Shown here: positions 1 to 10,701 of the stretch, piece by piece
Layout: each line of letters starts with the position of its first letter
Numbering within the stretch: position 1 is the stretch's first letter
Source: an uncultured Armatimonadetes bacterium
GTDB lineage: Bacteria; Armatimonadota; Hebobacteria; Hebobacterales; Hebobacteraceae
Direction: 5' to 3'
DNA length: 64,000 nucleotides
NCBI GenBank assembly: GCA_963716175.1
Contig: OY970296.1
Span: forward strand, 672,001-736,000
The notes under the pieces: model-generated
Database searches by the model: none
Told to the model about the DNA's origin: nothing
Seen by the model: only the letters and a program-made list of their open reading frames with translations
Made by a program: the position numbers and the translations under genes

Positions 1-12
1 GGAGCAAAGAAC

Positions 13-749
13 ATGGAGTGGCAGCGCTGGAGTCAGCAGTTGGCAGACGCGCTCGCCCTGAAAGCGGCGCCGATTGCGATCAGCTATACCGATGCCGCAC
101 CCAAGCGGGCCTCTGATGGGAAATGCCGCGCCTGCACTGCGCTGCTTCAGGCCGCGCAGGGCCAAGTGCTCGACCTCACGCCCGAGAACTCGACCTGTCC
201 CGGGGGCTCCCAGTACCTGGGGCTGCGGGCGCAGGATCCGGCCCACGCCCGGGCCCTGCGAGGCTTTCTCATCAATGGCGAGAAGCTCCTCGGCTCCTGC
301 GTCGCCATCCATCGCATGATGGCCCTCACCCCGGCCAAGCCGCCTTTCGGGGCGGCCGATCATGTCATCTCTCGCCGCTGGCCAGCGCGGAGTTTCGACC
401 CGATGTCGCCGTCTTCGTAGTGAACGCCTGGCAGGCCGCCCGGCTGGTGAACCTCGCGGTGTTCGAGACTGGCGAGCCCATGGAATGCGACCCCAGCGGA
501 TCGCTCTGCCGCGCCGTGATCGCCTACCCACTGATCACCAACCGGGTCAATGTCAGCTTCGGCGATGTCACCGCGCGCCGGAGCGAGAAGATGGGGGAGA
601 ATGAGCTGTTTGTCACCCTCCCCTTCACTCATCTCCGCTCGGTGGTGGAGAGCCTGGACAAGTGCAGCGCGGGCACGGCCAAGTCGGAGCTGCCTCCGGC
701 CATGCGGCGCGTGATGGAGGAATCGGGCGGGGAGGCGCTGGAGTTCTGA
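13..749 (+). CDS. DUF169 family protein, frameshifted near 369
   Basis: Frame 13-420 gives the N-half (PIAISY...C..C...CPGG..YLG); frame 123-749 gives the C-half (PDVAVF...QAARL...SLC..VIAYP...NVSFGD..AR). Adding 1 bp in gtcatctctcg joins them. Confidence 0.8.
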
Positions 750-788
750 CGCGAAAGCAGAGCGGGTGGCCGATCTGCCTTGCCTGCC

Positions 789-2747
789 CTACCGATAGGC
801 GCGGATGATCGAGTTCACGGCCACCCACACCCCGGAGCTGACCATGTCGCCCACGATCAGCCCGATGGCCAGCGGCATCGTCCGCCGATAGAGCCGGAGG
901 CCGCCGTAGCGGATGGTCAGAGTCTTCCACACCCAGCCCACAAAGAGCGGCATCCAGAACCAGTGCATCCCCCAGCAGTTGGCCGCAAGGTAGCCGATGG
1001 GGTGGAGCGGCCACCACCAGAAGCGCAGCCGCAGCACCCCCAGTAGGATCGCCACCACCGCCCCCACCCCGATCCCCATGGTGCCGTCGAGGTCGAACTT
1101 GGAGGGATTGGCCACCATCCCGTAGATGCGCTCGCCCACATAGCCCAGCTGTGACCCGAGCCAACCGGAAGTCGAGGCGCGGATGTTGAAGAATCCGTAG
1201 TGGTACATCCCGGTCAGCACCACATAGATGCCAATCGCCACCGAAAACACGAACCCGGCCAGCATGGCGGCCAGCAGCGGCCGGGAGGGCACGCGGGCCG
1301 CGTCCGCGATCTTGAGGGACTCCAACGCGTTGCCAGTGCAGACCTCGAAGGATTCGCCGAAGCCGGGGAAGTAGGTCCAGCGCAAGCCGATCAGCACCAC
1401 CGCCTCGCCGGGCCGCAGCACCGCGCTCCCGAATGGCACCACGATGAAATCCTCCGCGCCCAGCGGGAACGGCAGGAATCCCAGGCCGGTCTCGGCCCGC
1501 AGGCGAGCCCACATCACGTAATAGGCCACCACGATGGTGACCAGGACCAGGCCCACGATCAACCGCGCGCCGGCCAGCCAGCAGAAGTAGATGAGAAACC
1601 CGAAGGAGAGCAGGAAGCCGAGGAAGATCCAGCGATAGGCGAGTGGTTCGTCCAGCTCGCGGGGTCCGGATCGGCGGGCGAAGGTAGTCCGCCAGCTCCG
1701 AGCCAGGTGCCGCCGCCCGGTCCACAGCGCCCAGGCCCCGAGCGCCAGCACCGTTCCTCCTCCCTGGTAATAGGGCGCGGGGAAGGTGCTGCTGTACCAT
1801 TCCTCCGGGGCCTGCGGAGTGGCGCCCGCCGCGATCGCGGTCACCGTGAGGGCCACCCGGATGAACCAGAAAAGCCAGCAAGAGAACGAGAGCTCCTTCG
1901 GGATGAGAAAGGCAAGGGCGATCATCCAGAAATCGAGGATGAGGTCTATCTGCCCCAACCCGGCCCACGGCCCGGTGGCCTGCCGCGCCATCAGCATCTT
2001 ACCGCTGATCGGGATGGAAGGAATAGCGGGGAACAAGCCTGACAGGCCGTTGATCAGGCCAATCGCCATCGGGATCAGAAACCCAATCCAGAAGCCCCAG
2101 GCCAGAGGCAGACGGGCCGAGTCGCCGCGCCCCCCCGGCTCAGAGACCATCTCCAGCGGCACCTGAGCTAACGGGAAGCTCAGCCGCTCATGAGTGATCC
2201 ATTGACGCCGGAAAAGCAGCACCAGGCACAGGGTGCAGAGAAACAGCGCTACCAGGAAGAGCGACCAGGCCGCGAGAGGCGTTGACCACAGCCCCCAGGG
2301 CACGGCGGCCTGACCCTGGAAATAGTTCTCTACCGCGGTGACATCAGTGGGCCCGAACCAGGCGGGGATGAACTGGAAGTAGGTGGTCACCCAGAGCGGG
2401 ATGGCGCGCGCCAGGTACTGCTGGATGATGTTGTAGGGCAGCATCCAGGCCAAGATGCCATGGGTGACCAGAGGGCCGCCGACGATCACGATGCTGTAGA
2501 TGGTCAGCAGCTCGCGGCGGGTAAGCCGGCCGAGTCGCAGCTTTGGCAGCGCCGGGTTGATCGCGGTCAGCAGGAAGAGAATCACCAGCGGCGCCATCGC
2601 CGGCACCCCGGAGGCGAACATGTAGGTGGCGCCGTAGACGAGCTCGCCGTAGAAGGCGGCGGGAGCGATCAGGGTGAGCAGGACGAAGGCGATCACCAGC
2701 GCCCGCAGGCTGATGCCTCTGTCGCCGCTTTGCCTTCGTCCACTCAT
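789..2747 (-). CDS. DUF6785/DUF6784-type polytopic membrane protein (putative OPT-like transporter)
   Basis: ~650 aa with many TM segments; motifs RRELLTIY, RRQWITHERLSFPLAQVP, RLRAETG, WWPLHPIGY, RYGGLRLYRR..P...GLIVGD. Confidence 0.8.
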   Translation of the reverse strand: MSGRRQSGDRGISLRALVIAFVLLTLIAPAAFYGELVYGATYMFASGVPAMAPLVILFLLTAINPALPKLRLGRLTRRELLTIYSIVIVGGPLVTHGILAWMLPYNIIQQYLARAIPLWVTTYFQFIPAWFGPTDVTAVENYFQGQAAVPWGLWSTPLAAWSLFLVALFLCTLCLVLLFRRQWITHERLSFPLAQVPLEMVSEPGGRGDSARLPLAWGFWIGFLIPMAIGLINGLSGLFPAIPSIPISGKMLMARQATGPWAGLGQIDLILDFWMIALAFLIPKELSFSCWLFWFIRVALTVTAIAAGATPQAPEEWYSSTFPAPYYQGGGTVLALGAWALWTGRRHLARSWRTTFARRSGPRELDEPLAYRWIFLGFLLSFGFLIYFCWLAGARLIVGLVLVTIVVAYYVMWARLRAETGLGFLPFPLGAEDFIVVPFGSAVLRPGEAVVLIGLRWTYFPGFGESFEVCTGNALESLKIADAARVPSRPLLAAMLAGFVFSVAIGIYVVLTGMYHYGFFNIRASTSGWLGSQLGYVGERIYGMVANPSKFDLDGTMGIGVGAVVAILLGVLRLRFWWWPLHPIGYLAANCWGMHWFWMPLFVGWVWKTLTIRYGGLRLYRRTMPLAIGLIVGDMVSSGVWVAVNSIIRAYR

Positions 2748-2907
2748 CAAGGTCAGCTCACGCTGGCTGTAGTCGTTGCTCAGTCACCGGCCCTCGACGC
2801 GCCTCCTTCGGTGCGCGTCGCGCGCTGTCCTGCGGATGCCGCTGGGCAGGGGAAACCGGCGGCAAGCCAGAAGACCCCGGCAGTTCGCGATGGCTGGGAG
2901 GGTGCGG

Positions 2908-3993
2908 ATGAAGATCACTCGGGTCGAGCCGATTCACGTGGGATGGAACCTGCTGGTCCGCGTGCATACCGATGAGGGCATCACCGGCTACGGCGAGTGC
3001 AGCCCCATGAACAACCGGCTGGTGGCCGCGCATCTCGAGCATGCGCTCGGCTCCTTGGCCCTGGGCCGCGATCCCTTCGATGTGGAGGCGATGGTCGAGC
3101 GCATGCTGATCGAGACCTACAAGGTCGCCGGCCAGAGCATGGCGATGGCGCTGAGCGGGATCGAGATCGCGTGCTGGGACATCCTGGGCAAGGCGCTGGG
3201 CCAGCCCATCTACAAGCTGTTGGGCGGGGCCTACCGCAAGCGCATCCGCATGTACGCCTCCAGCATGAGCCGTAAGATCACGCCATTAGAGGAAGCCAAG
3301 CGCCTCGCCGGCCTGGTCGAGAAGCACGGATTCACCGCGGTCAAGATCAGGGTGGGCAGCGTCTTCGGCTTCGATCAGGACGCCTGGCCAGGCCGCTCGG
3401 TCGAGCTGGTGAAGGAAGTGAGGGCCGCGCTCGGAGAGGAGGTCGAGATCATGGTGGACGGCAATAGCTGCTACTCGGCCCCCCGGGCGATTCAGCTTGG
3501 CCGCGAGCTGGAGCGCTATCACGTGTTTCACTTCGAGGAGCCCTGCCCTTATTGGGATCTCGCCTCCACCGCCAAGGTGGCGAAGGCGCTCGACCTGCCG
3601 GTCGCCGGCGGCGAGCAGGACTGGGACCTGCGGCGCTTCAGGGAGATGCTGGAGCTGGACGCCGTGGACATTGTCCAGCCGGATGTGATCAAGGCCGGCG
3701 GTTTCCTGGTGTGCAAGAAGATCGCGGCGGTGGCGGAGGCCTTCGGGGCGGTGTGCACCCCGCATCAGACCCAGCCCCTGGGTACTGTCGTCAACCTCCA
3801 CTTCGCGGCCAGCACCCCCAACTGCCGCTACTCCCAAGAGTACAACATCGAGTCCCACCCCTTGCGCGATTCCCTCTTCACCGAGCCGGTGCTGGAGATC
3901 AAGGACGGACATCTCACCGTCCCGGAGGGGCCCGGGTTGGGCGTGGAGATCAACGAAGAGACGCTGCGCGCCTCAGCCGCAGGCGCAGGATAG
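2908..3993 (+). CDS. Mandelate racemase/muconate lactonizing enzyme family (enolase superfamily, probable acid-sugar dehydratase)
   Basis: MKITRVE start after GGAGG; VRVHTDEGITGYGE, SGIEIACWDILGK, KIR, MVDGN, FEEP, AGGE, VQPD, PEGPGLG. Confidence 0.92.
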   Translation: MKITRVEPIHVGWNLLVRVHTDEGITGYGECSPMNNRLVAAHLEHALGSLALGRDPFDVEAMVERMLIETYKVAGQSMAMALSGIEIACWDILGKALGQPIYKLLGGAYRKRIRMYASSMSRKITPLEEAKRLAGLVEKHGFTAVKIRVGSVFGFDQDAWPGRSVELVKEVRAALGEEVEIMVDGNSCYSAPRAIQLGRELERYHVFHFEEPCPYWDLASTAKVAKALDLPVAGGEQDWDLRRFREMLELDAVDIVQPDVIKAGGFLVCKKIAAVAEAFGAVCTPHQTQPLGTVVNLHFAASTPNCRYSQEYNIESHPLRDSLFTEPVLEIKDGHLTVPEGPGLGVEINEETLRASAAGAG

Positions 3994-4036
3994 CCTGATC
4001 CCGCCCGAAGCAGTAGCAGGCTAGCCTGCCGGCCGG

Positions 4037-5458
4037 CTAACAAGCCGGAAGGCTGGCGGCGGCCACTGCCTGGCCGACGCGACGGCTGGACTCGTCCGGG
4101 AGGTGGACAGAGATCGTGCCGACCAGTTCCGGGAACTCCGCGTTCAGCACCTCCTGGGCCTTCCGCAGGATGATGGCACCCCCCTCCCCCGAAGTCACCC
4201 GGCCCATGATCAGGACATGGTTCAGGTCATAGATATCGGCGTAGTAGGCGGTGCCGTATCCCAGGTAGCAGCCGATGCTCTCGAAGATCCTCCTCGCCCG
4301 GTCATCTCCCTTCGCCATCAACGCCTGCACCGATTCCAGCATCTGGGCCGGGGTCTGGTGCTCATCGAGCACGATGCCGGCGGCCGGCGCCAGCCGGACC
4401 ACCGCGTTCTGGCAGAAGTACTGCACCCCGCACCCTCGGTCGCCGGACCACTCATCCATCGGCGCCTTGGGGTGGAAGTCCACCGGCACGAAGGCCAGCT
4501 CGTTCAGCCATCTGGTGATATTGCCCTCCCGATCCACATAGCCGCCGGCCTCGCTCGAGCCCAGAGCGATCCCCAGCACCGCGTTGGCGTTCAGGGTCAT
4601 GGAGCCGGCTAACGCCGTCACTTCGCCATCGTTGACCACCTCGAGGGGAACCCCCCATTCTTTCTGCATGTCGAGGAACAGATTCTTCACCCTCCGATCG
4701 AACAGGTCGCGCGGGACCCCCCGGAACAGCGAGGCCACCATCACCCGGTTGTTGATGTAGACCCCAGCCGCGCTGCCCCCGATGGCGTCCACCCGCGGCA
4801 TGCGGGCGGCCGCCCGGTGCAGTCCCGACATGATCTCGTGATAGTGGTAAGCGGGGTCGCTCTGATTCCGCGGGTCCCATACCACCTCTTCGCTGAAGAT
4901 CGCCTCCCCCTCCACCACCGCGGTCACTTTGCGGTCGCTCGCGCCCAGGTCGAAGCCGATACGGTAGCCGTCGAGATGGCGCCCCAGGGCCACCGACTCC
5001 TCCCGCTGCTCCGGAACCCTCTCGGCCGCCGTGATCTCGACCACGAACGGGTGCTCATAGACTCCGGCCATGAAGTCAACGTCAAAGGCCCGCGCTCCCT
5101 GGGGCGAGTAGACCCGGCGGATGTGCTCACCCACCTCCCTGGGCCCCCCGATGATCACCCGGTGGCCGCCGCGCTGCCAGAGCAGCGTCTTGACCAGGCG
5201 CTCGACGTACTCCAGGCCCATCGCGCCCAGCTGATGGCTCGCCGGCAGCACTCTGGTTCTGAATACAGAGACTGAGCCGTCACCCCGGGCGATGCCGATC
5301 ACGAGAGGAACGGCCTTACCAGTCGCCTCCGCCGCCTTCAGGAAGGCGTGGTTCGCCAACACCCCGGGGCGGAAGGCCGGGTCGAGAGGGGGAGCAACTC
5401 GCGCCTCGATGTCAGAGAACATAGCGCGCACCACCTTGTAGCCTTGATCTTCTCTCAT
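4037..5458 (-). CDS. ROK family protein (sugar kinase-like, N-terminally extended)
   Basis: IGFDLGASDRK, VVNDGEVTALAG, GIALGSSEAGG, NELAF, IMGRVTSG. Confidence 0.85.
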   Translation of the reverse strand: MREDQGYKVVRAMFSDIEARVAPPLDPAFRPGVLANHAFLKAAEATGKAVPLVIGIARGDGSVSVFRTRVLPASHQLGAMGLEYVERLVKTLLWQRGGHRVIIGGPREVGEHIRRVYSPQGARAFDVDFMAGVYEHPFVVEITAAERVPEQREESVALGRHLDGYRIGFDLGASDRKVTAVVEGEAIFSEEVVWDPRNQSDPAYHYHEIMSGLHRAAARMPRVDAIGGSAAGVYINNRVMVASLFRGVPRDLFDRRVKNLFLDMQKEWGVPLEVVNDGEVTALAGSMTLNANAVLGIALGSSEAGGYVDREGNITRWLNELAFVPVDFHPKAPMDEWSGDRGCGVQYFCQNAVVRLAPAAGIVLDEHQTPAQMLESVQALMAKGDDRARRIFESIGCYLGYGTAYYADIYDLNHVLIMGRVTSGEGGAIILRKAQEVLNAEFPELVGTISVHLPDESSRRVGQAVAAASLPAC

Positions 5459-5636
5459 CAGAAGCCCCGGAGGGCCTCGATCCCTTCGCGACGCATGCAG
5501 TCATTCTCCGTCCGGCAGGCCGTCTCCTGTGGGAGCCGTCGGCGGAGTTCGGCGCGACCCGGGTCGGCCCCCGGAGCTACAGGCCGCGCCGCGGCGCTGT
5601 GTGAAGCCCGGAAAGGGGCGCGGACGGCGAGCAAGA

Positions 5637-6280
5637 CTATCCGCCCCGCTTCCGAGCGAGCAGCCGCCAGTGCCAGTGGCTTCGCTCGCCTTCTCTGTAC
5701 TCGTGCTCGACGAGGGACTCGATCTCGTACCCGCTGAGGAGACCGCGTATCTCCTCCTCTGTGCAGTAGTGGTGGGGAATGGGTCCTTTCCGATGGTTCT
5801 CATCCACCCAGGTGCCGGGGCCAATCTCGCGACCCAGGCCGCAGCACCAGTGTCGAGTAGAGGGGGTGGCCCACACCAACAGCCCGTCCGCAGCCAGCTT
5901 ACGGGTGGCCAGGCCGATGATCCGGCGGAGCATAGGACCGTCAACATGATGGATGGAATGCGACGCCACGATGCCATCGAAGTAGCTGTCCGGGAAAGGG
6001 ATCTCGGACATCTCCACCGCCACCACCGCCGCGCCCAGTCCGGCCTTCGCCAGGTTCTCTCGGCAGGCCGCCAGGGCCGTGGGCGCGTTGTCGGTGCCTG
6101 TAACCTCGCACCCGCGCGCAGCAAGGCAGACAGTGTGGCGGCCCAGGCCGCAGCCGATATCCAGCACCCGGGCGCCCGGCGCGAGGTGGTCGGCCATTAC
6201 CGTGACCTGGGGCAGAGGGGGGAATTCCTCCCACAGCTTCACCACTTCGGGGTCCTGCCACAGCTTCTCCCAGCCGTCAT
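5637..6280 (-). CDS. Class I SAM-dependent methyltransferase (probable 1-bp frameshift just after the ATG at 6280)
   Basis: VLDIGCGLGRH, GTD, FDGIVASHSIHH. The reading frame extends upstream as GWEKLWQDPE, next to an out-of-frame ATG preceded by GGAG. Confidence 0.85.
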
Positions 6281-6479
6281 AGCTCCACCGCCTCTGGCTT
6301 GCGCGCCACCACGATCATGCGGCGCAAGGGTGCGCCTTGACCTTCGTGAGGCAGGCCTTGCTTCAGGCGTGCGATAACTACGGGCGACAGCAGAGGGCCG
6401 CCCCTACGAACCGAACGCTGGACAGTCACAGGTGGTGCTGGCTTGCGCACACTGCGACCGTATCGGGGTGGGCCTCGCC

Positions 6480-8432
6480 TCAAGCGGAGCGGAACTCCGC
6501 CGGCATCTTCTCGTGCAGGCAGAGCCACTCCGGCCTGCCCGCGGCGGCGTACACCTCCCGGGCGGCGGCGAGGTCGAACTGTTTCCCCGGCGCGAGCAGA
6601 CAAAGCCGGCCCGGCGCAATCAGGGACACCGCCGCCAGCAGGTCACCGATGTTGCGAAGGGCCGGGATCAACAGGTGATCGCCGAAGTCCTGGTCGCCGG
6701 CGAGCCGGCAGGCGGCCATGTCCACTATCGTCCGGTGCACAAACGAGGCCTGCGTCCGCGCCAGCAGACACCACGCGCCAGCACACCCCAGACCGATCAG
6801 ATCAACCCTATTCACCGTGCGCAGAGAGCGCAGGTATCCCAGCCCGGTCAGAATATCCTGGATGCGGTTCGCGTCATCCGAGCGGTTATAGGTCAGATAG
6901 TGATGTATCTCGGCCGCCTGCTGTGCTCGCCGGAGCGGAATCCGAGCCTCGCCTATCCCCCAGGGGTCAATGAGCAACAGCGTCTGCCCCTTTCCCAGGA
7001 GCTTAGCCACCAGGGGGTGTAGGGTCTTGCCCGGGTGGAACAGGGCCTCCTTCCCCCGGTGCGAGACTATCAGCGTCGCCGCCGGCTTCCGGTCCCTCGC
7101 CGGTCTGAGCAGATAGGCTGGCACCCGGTCACCCACCGCAGGGCGGGTCAGGATGAGTCGCTGCCCGCTCACCCCTGCTGCCCTGGCGGCGCCCAGCCGG
7201 ACTGCGCGCACCTCCCTCGGCTCCGGCGCCCGCGCCATCAGCAGATGGCTCATCGCGGGCCCGACTTCCGCTCGGAACCTGGCCAGACCGCTCTTGTCCG
7301 CGGGCCGCCGCGCGCGCAACTGGCGACGCCGCTGCCGGATCAGGCGGTCGAAGAGCCGCTCGCCCGCGGGAGCATAGCTGGGGCGCTTCCGATCTGCGAA
7401 CACCAGATACTGCTGCGCGCTGTCCATCCGATAGGGTCGTTCTCGCACCGCCTCCGGGTCCTCGCAGCCCAACAGCCACTTCCCGAAGAAGGCATAGACC
7501 GCGTTGCGGCTGTCCAGGTTGTAGTTGTGATCGGCGTCGAAGATCACCGACTCGACGCGGTCCTCGGCGCGGTAGAGTCGGTAGATGCTCTTGAGAAACG
7601 GATAGACGCTCTCCGGAGCGCGCTTCGTCCAGTCCCGCGTGCACGACACCAGCAGCAGCGGCCGGGGCGCCATCAGGGCCGAGAGCTCGGGATTGGCGGT
7701 ATCCACACGCAGAGAGGGCGCGTTCTCGCAGACACAACCTCCCTGGTACTCGCTCGACACCATCACCACCGGCGCCGCCACCTTGATCCGCTCGTCCGCC
7801 GCCATCAGCATGTAGGTCTGCGTCCCTCCTCCTGACTCCCCGGTGCAGCCGATGCGCTCGGGGTCCACCATGGGCAGGGATTGCAGGAAGTCAATGGAGC
7901 GGATGCTGTTGTAGAGCTGCAGCGCCATCTGGCTGAACCCCCAGAGCCGCTGGCGATCGCTCTCCTGCCGGTGCACCACCTGGCTGGAGTCGTGATAGCC
8001 GATCATGTCATGGCAGAACGCCACATAGCCCTGCCGCGCGAAGCTGATGCCGCGGCCCAGCACCGTTCCGAGCTCATTGTTCGCCAGGCGCCCCTCCTCC
8101 CAGTGCCCGTGGGGATTGAGCACCGCGGGGAAGGGGCCGCGCTTGCCGCGGGGCACGAACAGGTTGCCTGTCACCAGGAACGCCCGGTAGCTCTGAAAGT
8201 AGACCTTGGACACCGAGTAGTCCTCATGGTGGGTGGTGCCAAACACCTGGGCTCGCAGCGGCGGGCGATCGGGCGGGGGCAGCAGCCCGGTCACCGCCAG
8301 GATATGGGTGCGCAGTTCCTGGGCGCGGGCCTCCCAGGCGCGGCGGGTGGCGTAATGCGGCAGCTCATAGGTGGCGTCTACGCGGCGCAGGTCCACGGCG
8401 CGCCGGTCGGTTCTGGGAACGGGTATGGCCAC
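6480..8432 (-). CDS. Acetylxylan esterase-like double alpha/beta-hydrolase
   Basis: PAVLNPHGHW, DMIGY, nucleophile elbow GCTGESGGGTQT, GCVCEN, APRPLL, HNYN; degenerate second hydrolase-like domain. Confidence 0.85.
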   Translation of the reverse strand: MAIPVPRTDRRAVDLRRVDATYELPHYATRRAWEARAQELRTHILAVTGLLPPPDRPPLRAQVFGTTHHEDYSVSKVYFQSYRAFLVTGNLFVPRGKRGPFPAVLNPHGHWEEGRLANNELGTVLGRGISFARQGYVAFCHDMIGYHDSSQVVHRQESDRQRLWGFSQMALQLYNSIRSIDFLQSLPMVDPERIGCTGESGGGTQTYMLMAADERIKVAAPVVMVSSEYQGGCVCENAPSLRVDTANPELSALMAPRPLLLVSCTRDWTKRAPESVYPFLKSIYRLYRAEDRVESVIFDADHNYNLDSRNAVYAFFGKWLLGCEDPEAVRERPYRMDSAQQYLVFADRKRPSYAPAGERLFDRLIRQRRRQLRARRPADKSGLARFRAEVGPAMSHLLMARAPEPREVRAVRLGAARAAGVSGQRLILTRPAVGDRVPAYLLRPARDRKPAATLIVSHRGKEALFHPGKTLHPLVAKLLGKGQTLLLIDPWGIGEARIPLRRAQQAAEIHHYLTYNRSDDANRIQDILTGLGYLRSLRTVNRVDLIGLGCAGAWCLLARTQASFVHRTIVDMAACRLAGDQDFGDHLLIPALRNIGDLLAAVSLIAPGRLCLLAPGKQFDLAAAREVYAAAGRPEWLCLHEKMPAEFRSA

Positions 8433-8665
8433 GGTCTCTCCTCCTGGTCGGCGAAGCGGACTTAGGCTAGGCAGACGGTAGAGTCTCGCCCCGGTGCAGC
8501 TCCTCGCGGTGCGACCAGAGATTCCGGCAGAGCGATGCTGTTTCCTCTCCGGGCCCCCGAGGCAGTCCTCTCGCTACCTCAAAGGAGAAAGCGGCCGGCC
8601 GCGGAAGTTACCTGCGAGATCGCGGTGAAAGCCGCGCCATTCTGCTCTCTGGAGGCCGAGAGACG

Positions 8666-9463
8666 ATGACCGCGCAGTCGCACGCCATCCTGGCTCTTTG
8701 CGCTCATCCTGACGATGCTGAGTTCCGCTGTAGCGGTACGCTCCTGCTGCTGGCGAAGCGCGGGTGGAAGGTGCATATCGCCGCCGCCGGCGCGGGAGAC
8801 TGCGGCACCGCCGAGGAGTCACCGAACGCCATCTCGCGCCGCCGTCGGCAAGAGGGGCAAGACGCGGCCGCGCGATTGGGCGGGGAGTTTCACTGCCTGG
8901 AGGGCAATGATCTTCAGATCTTCGACAACAGCGAGCTGCGCGCGGCAGCGGTGGCGCTCATGCGGAGACTGGACCCGGACTGCGTGATCACGCACTACCC
9001 GGTGGACTACATGCCCGATCACGACGCGGCCAGCGCCCTCTCCCGGGCCGTGGTCTTCTGTGCCGCCATGCCCAACTACACCGTGGGCCCTGCCGTCTCC
9101 CTGCCTCCGACCACCAAGGGCGTGGTGCCGCTTTACTACTTCAACGGTCCGCTCGGCGGCCTGGATTGGCTGGGCAATCCGACCCCCCCGGCCCACTTCT
9201 ACGTGAACATCAGCTCAGTGGAGGAGGAGAAGGCTGAGCTGCTCGCCTGCCATGTCTCGCAGCGGGAATGGCTGCGCCGCCACCACGGCATGGACCAGTA
9301 CCTCAACCAGATGAGGCAATGGGACCAGGAGGCCGGGGCGCAGGCGGGTGTGCCCTTCGCCGAGGGGTTCTTCTGCCACCGCGGTCACGGCTTCGCCCAG
9401 ACCCCTCTGATCCAGGAGGCCCTGGCGCAGTTCGTGCTCCAGCCCGATCAACGAGGCAGCTAG
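8666..9463 (+). CDS. PIG-L/LmbE family N-acetyl deacetylase
   Basis: AHPDDAE, RR.EG..AA, ITH..VDYMPDH, H.SQ, FAEGF; RBS GGAGG. Confidence 0.92.
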   Translation: MTAQSHAILALCAHPDDAEFRCSGTLLLLAKRGWKVHIAAAGAGDCGTAEESPNAISRRRRQEGQDAAARLGGEFHCLEGNDLQIFDNSELRAAAVALMRRLDPDCVITHYPVDYMPDHDAASALSRAVVFCAAMPNYTVGPAVSLPPTTKGVVPLYYFNGPLGGLDWLGNPTPPAHFYVNISSVEEEKAELLACHVSQREWLRRHHGMDQYLNQMRQWDQEAGAQAGVPFAEGFFCHRGHGFAQTPLIQEALAQFVLQPDQRGS

Positions 9464-9536
9464 TCGGATTGCCGTTGAGGGGTTTCCTACGTCAGGTACC
9501 ACTGATGTGAGGTGCTCTTTGGCCAGAGAGGCCGGC

Positions 9537-10277
9537 ATGATCCTAGACACCCACGTACATATCGGCAGAGGCGAGCGGCTCGACGACACCTACCAGATAG
9601 ACTGCACCAGGGAGATGATACTGTCGGCCATGGACGAGGCCGGGGTGGACAAAAGCTGCATCATGCCTGTCACCTACGGGGATTACGAGCTGGCGCTCGA
9701 GGAGGTGCGGGAGGCGGTGGCGGCGCATCCCGACCGGCTCATCGGCTATGCCCGGGTGAACCTCCACCACGAGGAGCGCGCGTTCCAGCAGTTGCGCCGC
9801 GGCTTCGACGAATACGGCTTCCGCGGCGTGAAGCTGCACCACGGGCAGGGGGACGGCTTCCCCACGCGCAGATTCATGGACCTGATGAGCGAGTATGGCC
9901 GGCCCGTGCTGCTGCACACCAAGGCCGACATCGAGACCATTGACGCCATCTCGCACCTCGCCCGCGCCTATCCCAGGGTGCCGGTGATCTGCGGCCACAT
10001 GGGTGGCTTCTCCACCTTCTGGCCTGGCTATGTCAAGCTGTGCGCGGTGGAGGCAAAGCAAGTCCCCAACCTCTACCTCGACACCGCCTTCGTCTTCCTG
10101 CATCACTGGATCCGGATGGCAGTGGAGATCTGCGGACCAGAGAAAGTGCTCTTCGCCAGCGATGGCCCGGTGGCCCATCCCGCCATCGCCCTGAAGCAGA
10201 TCGAGCTCTGCCATTTCAGCGCTTCCGAGCAGGCCCTGATCCTCGGCGACAACGCGGAGAAGCTGCTGCAGTTGTAG
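9537..10277 (+). CDS. Amidohydrolase_2 family metal-dependent hydrolase
   Basis: DTHVH, GVKLH, LLH, CGHMGG, LYLDTA, VLFASDGP. Confidence 0.92.
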   Translation: MILDTHVHIGRGERLDDTYQIDCTREMILSAMDEAGVDKSCIMPVTYGDYELALEEVREAVAAHPDRLIGYARVNLHHEERAFQQLRRGFDEYGFRGVKLHHGQGDGFPTRRFMDLMSEYGRPVLLHTKADIETIDAISHLARAYPRVPVICGHMGGFSTFWPGYVKLCAVEAKQVPNLYLDTAFVFLHHWIRMAVEICGPEKVLFASDGPVAHPAIALKQIELCHFSASEQALILGDNAEKLLQL

Positions 10278-10335
10278 GCGCGCGGAAGACGGAAACGCTC
10301 CCGCGAGCGGGTGCTTCATACACGAGGTAACGGAC

Positions 10336-10701
10336 ATGGGTGAGGAACTAGACTTCGCGTCGGTCTTTGCTGGCTTCCCCGAGATCCGCTTCCCCTACGA
10401 CAAGTCACTCCCGGTGCGAGGCTGGCTGGTGCAAGGCCCACGGCAGCAGATCGCCTTCTGGCATTCAGAGGTGTCCTACGAGAGCGCGGAGCACAGCCAC
10501 CCCTACGCGGAGTGGGGCATCGTCATCAGCGGCTGGTGCGACATCATCACCCCAGAGAGCAGGCGGCGCTATCAGGCCGGTGACGTCTTCTACCTCAGGC
10601 CCAGTGTGCCCCACGCCTCCGTGACCTCCGACGACTATCGCTCCATGGACGTCTTCTTCTCCCCCACCCATCTCCAGGCCGAACCCAGCGAGGATGTCTG
10701 A
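10336..10701 (+). CDS. Cupin domain protein
   Basis: EHSHPYAEWGIVISG...GDVFY...VPHAS. Confidence 0.88.
   Translation: MGEELDFASVFAGFPEIRFPYDKSLPVRGWLVQGPRQQIAFWHSEVSYESAEHSHPYAEWGIVISGWCDIITPESRRRYQAGDVFYLRPSVPHASVTSDDYRSMDVFFSPTHLQAEPSEDV

Noticed and set aside
4016-4029. Palindrome GCAGGCTAGCCTGC between convergent genes
   Set aside because: Short, loopless and without a U-tract; insufficient to call a terminator.
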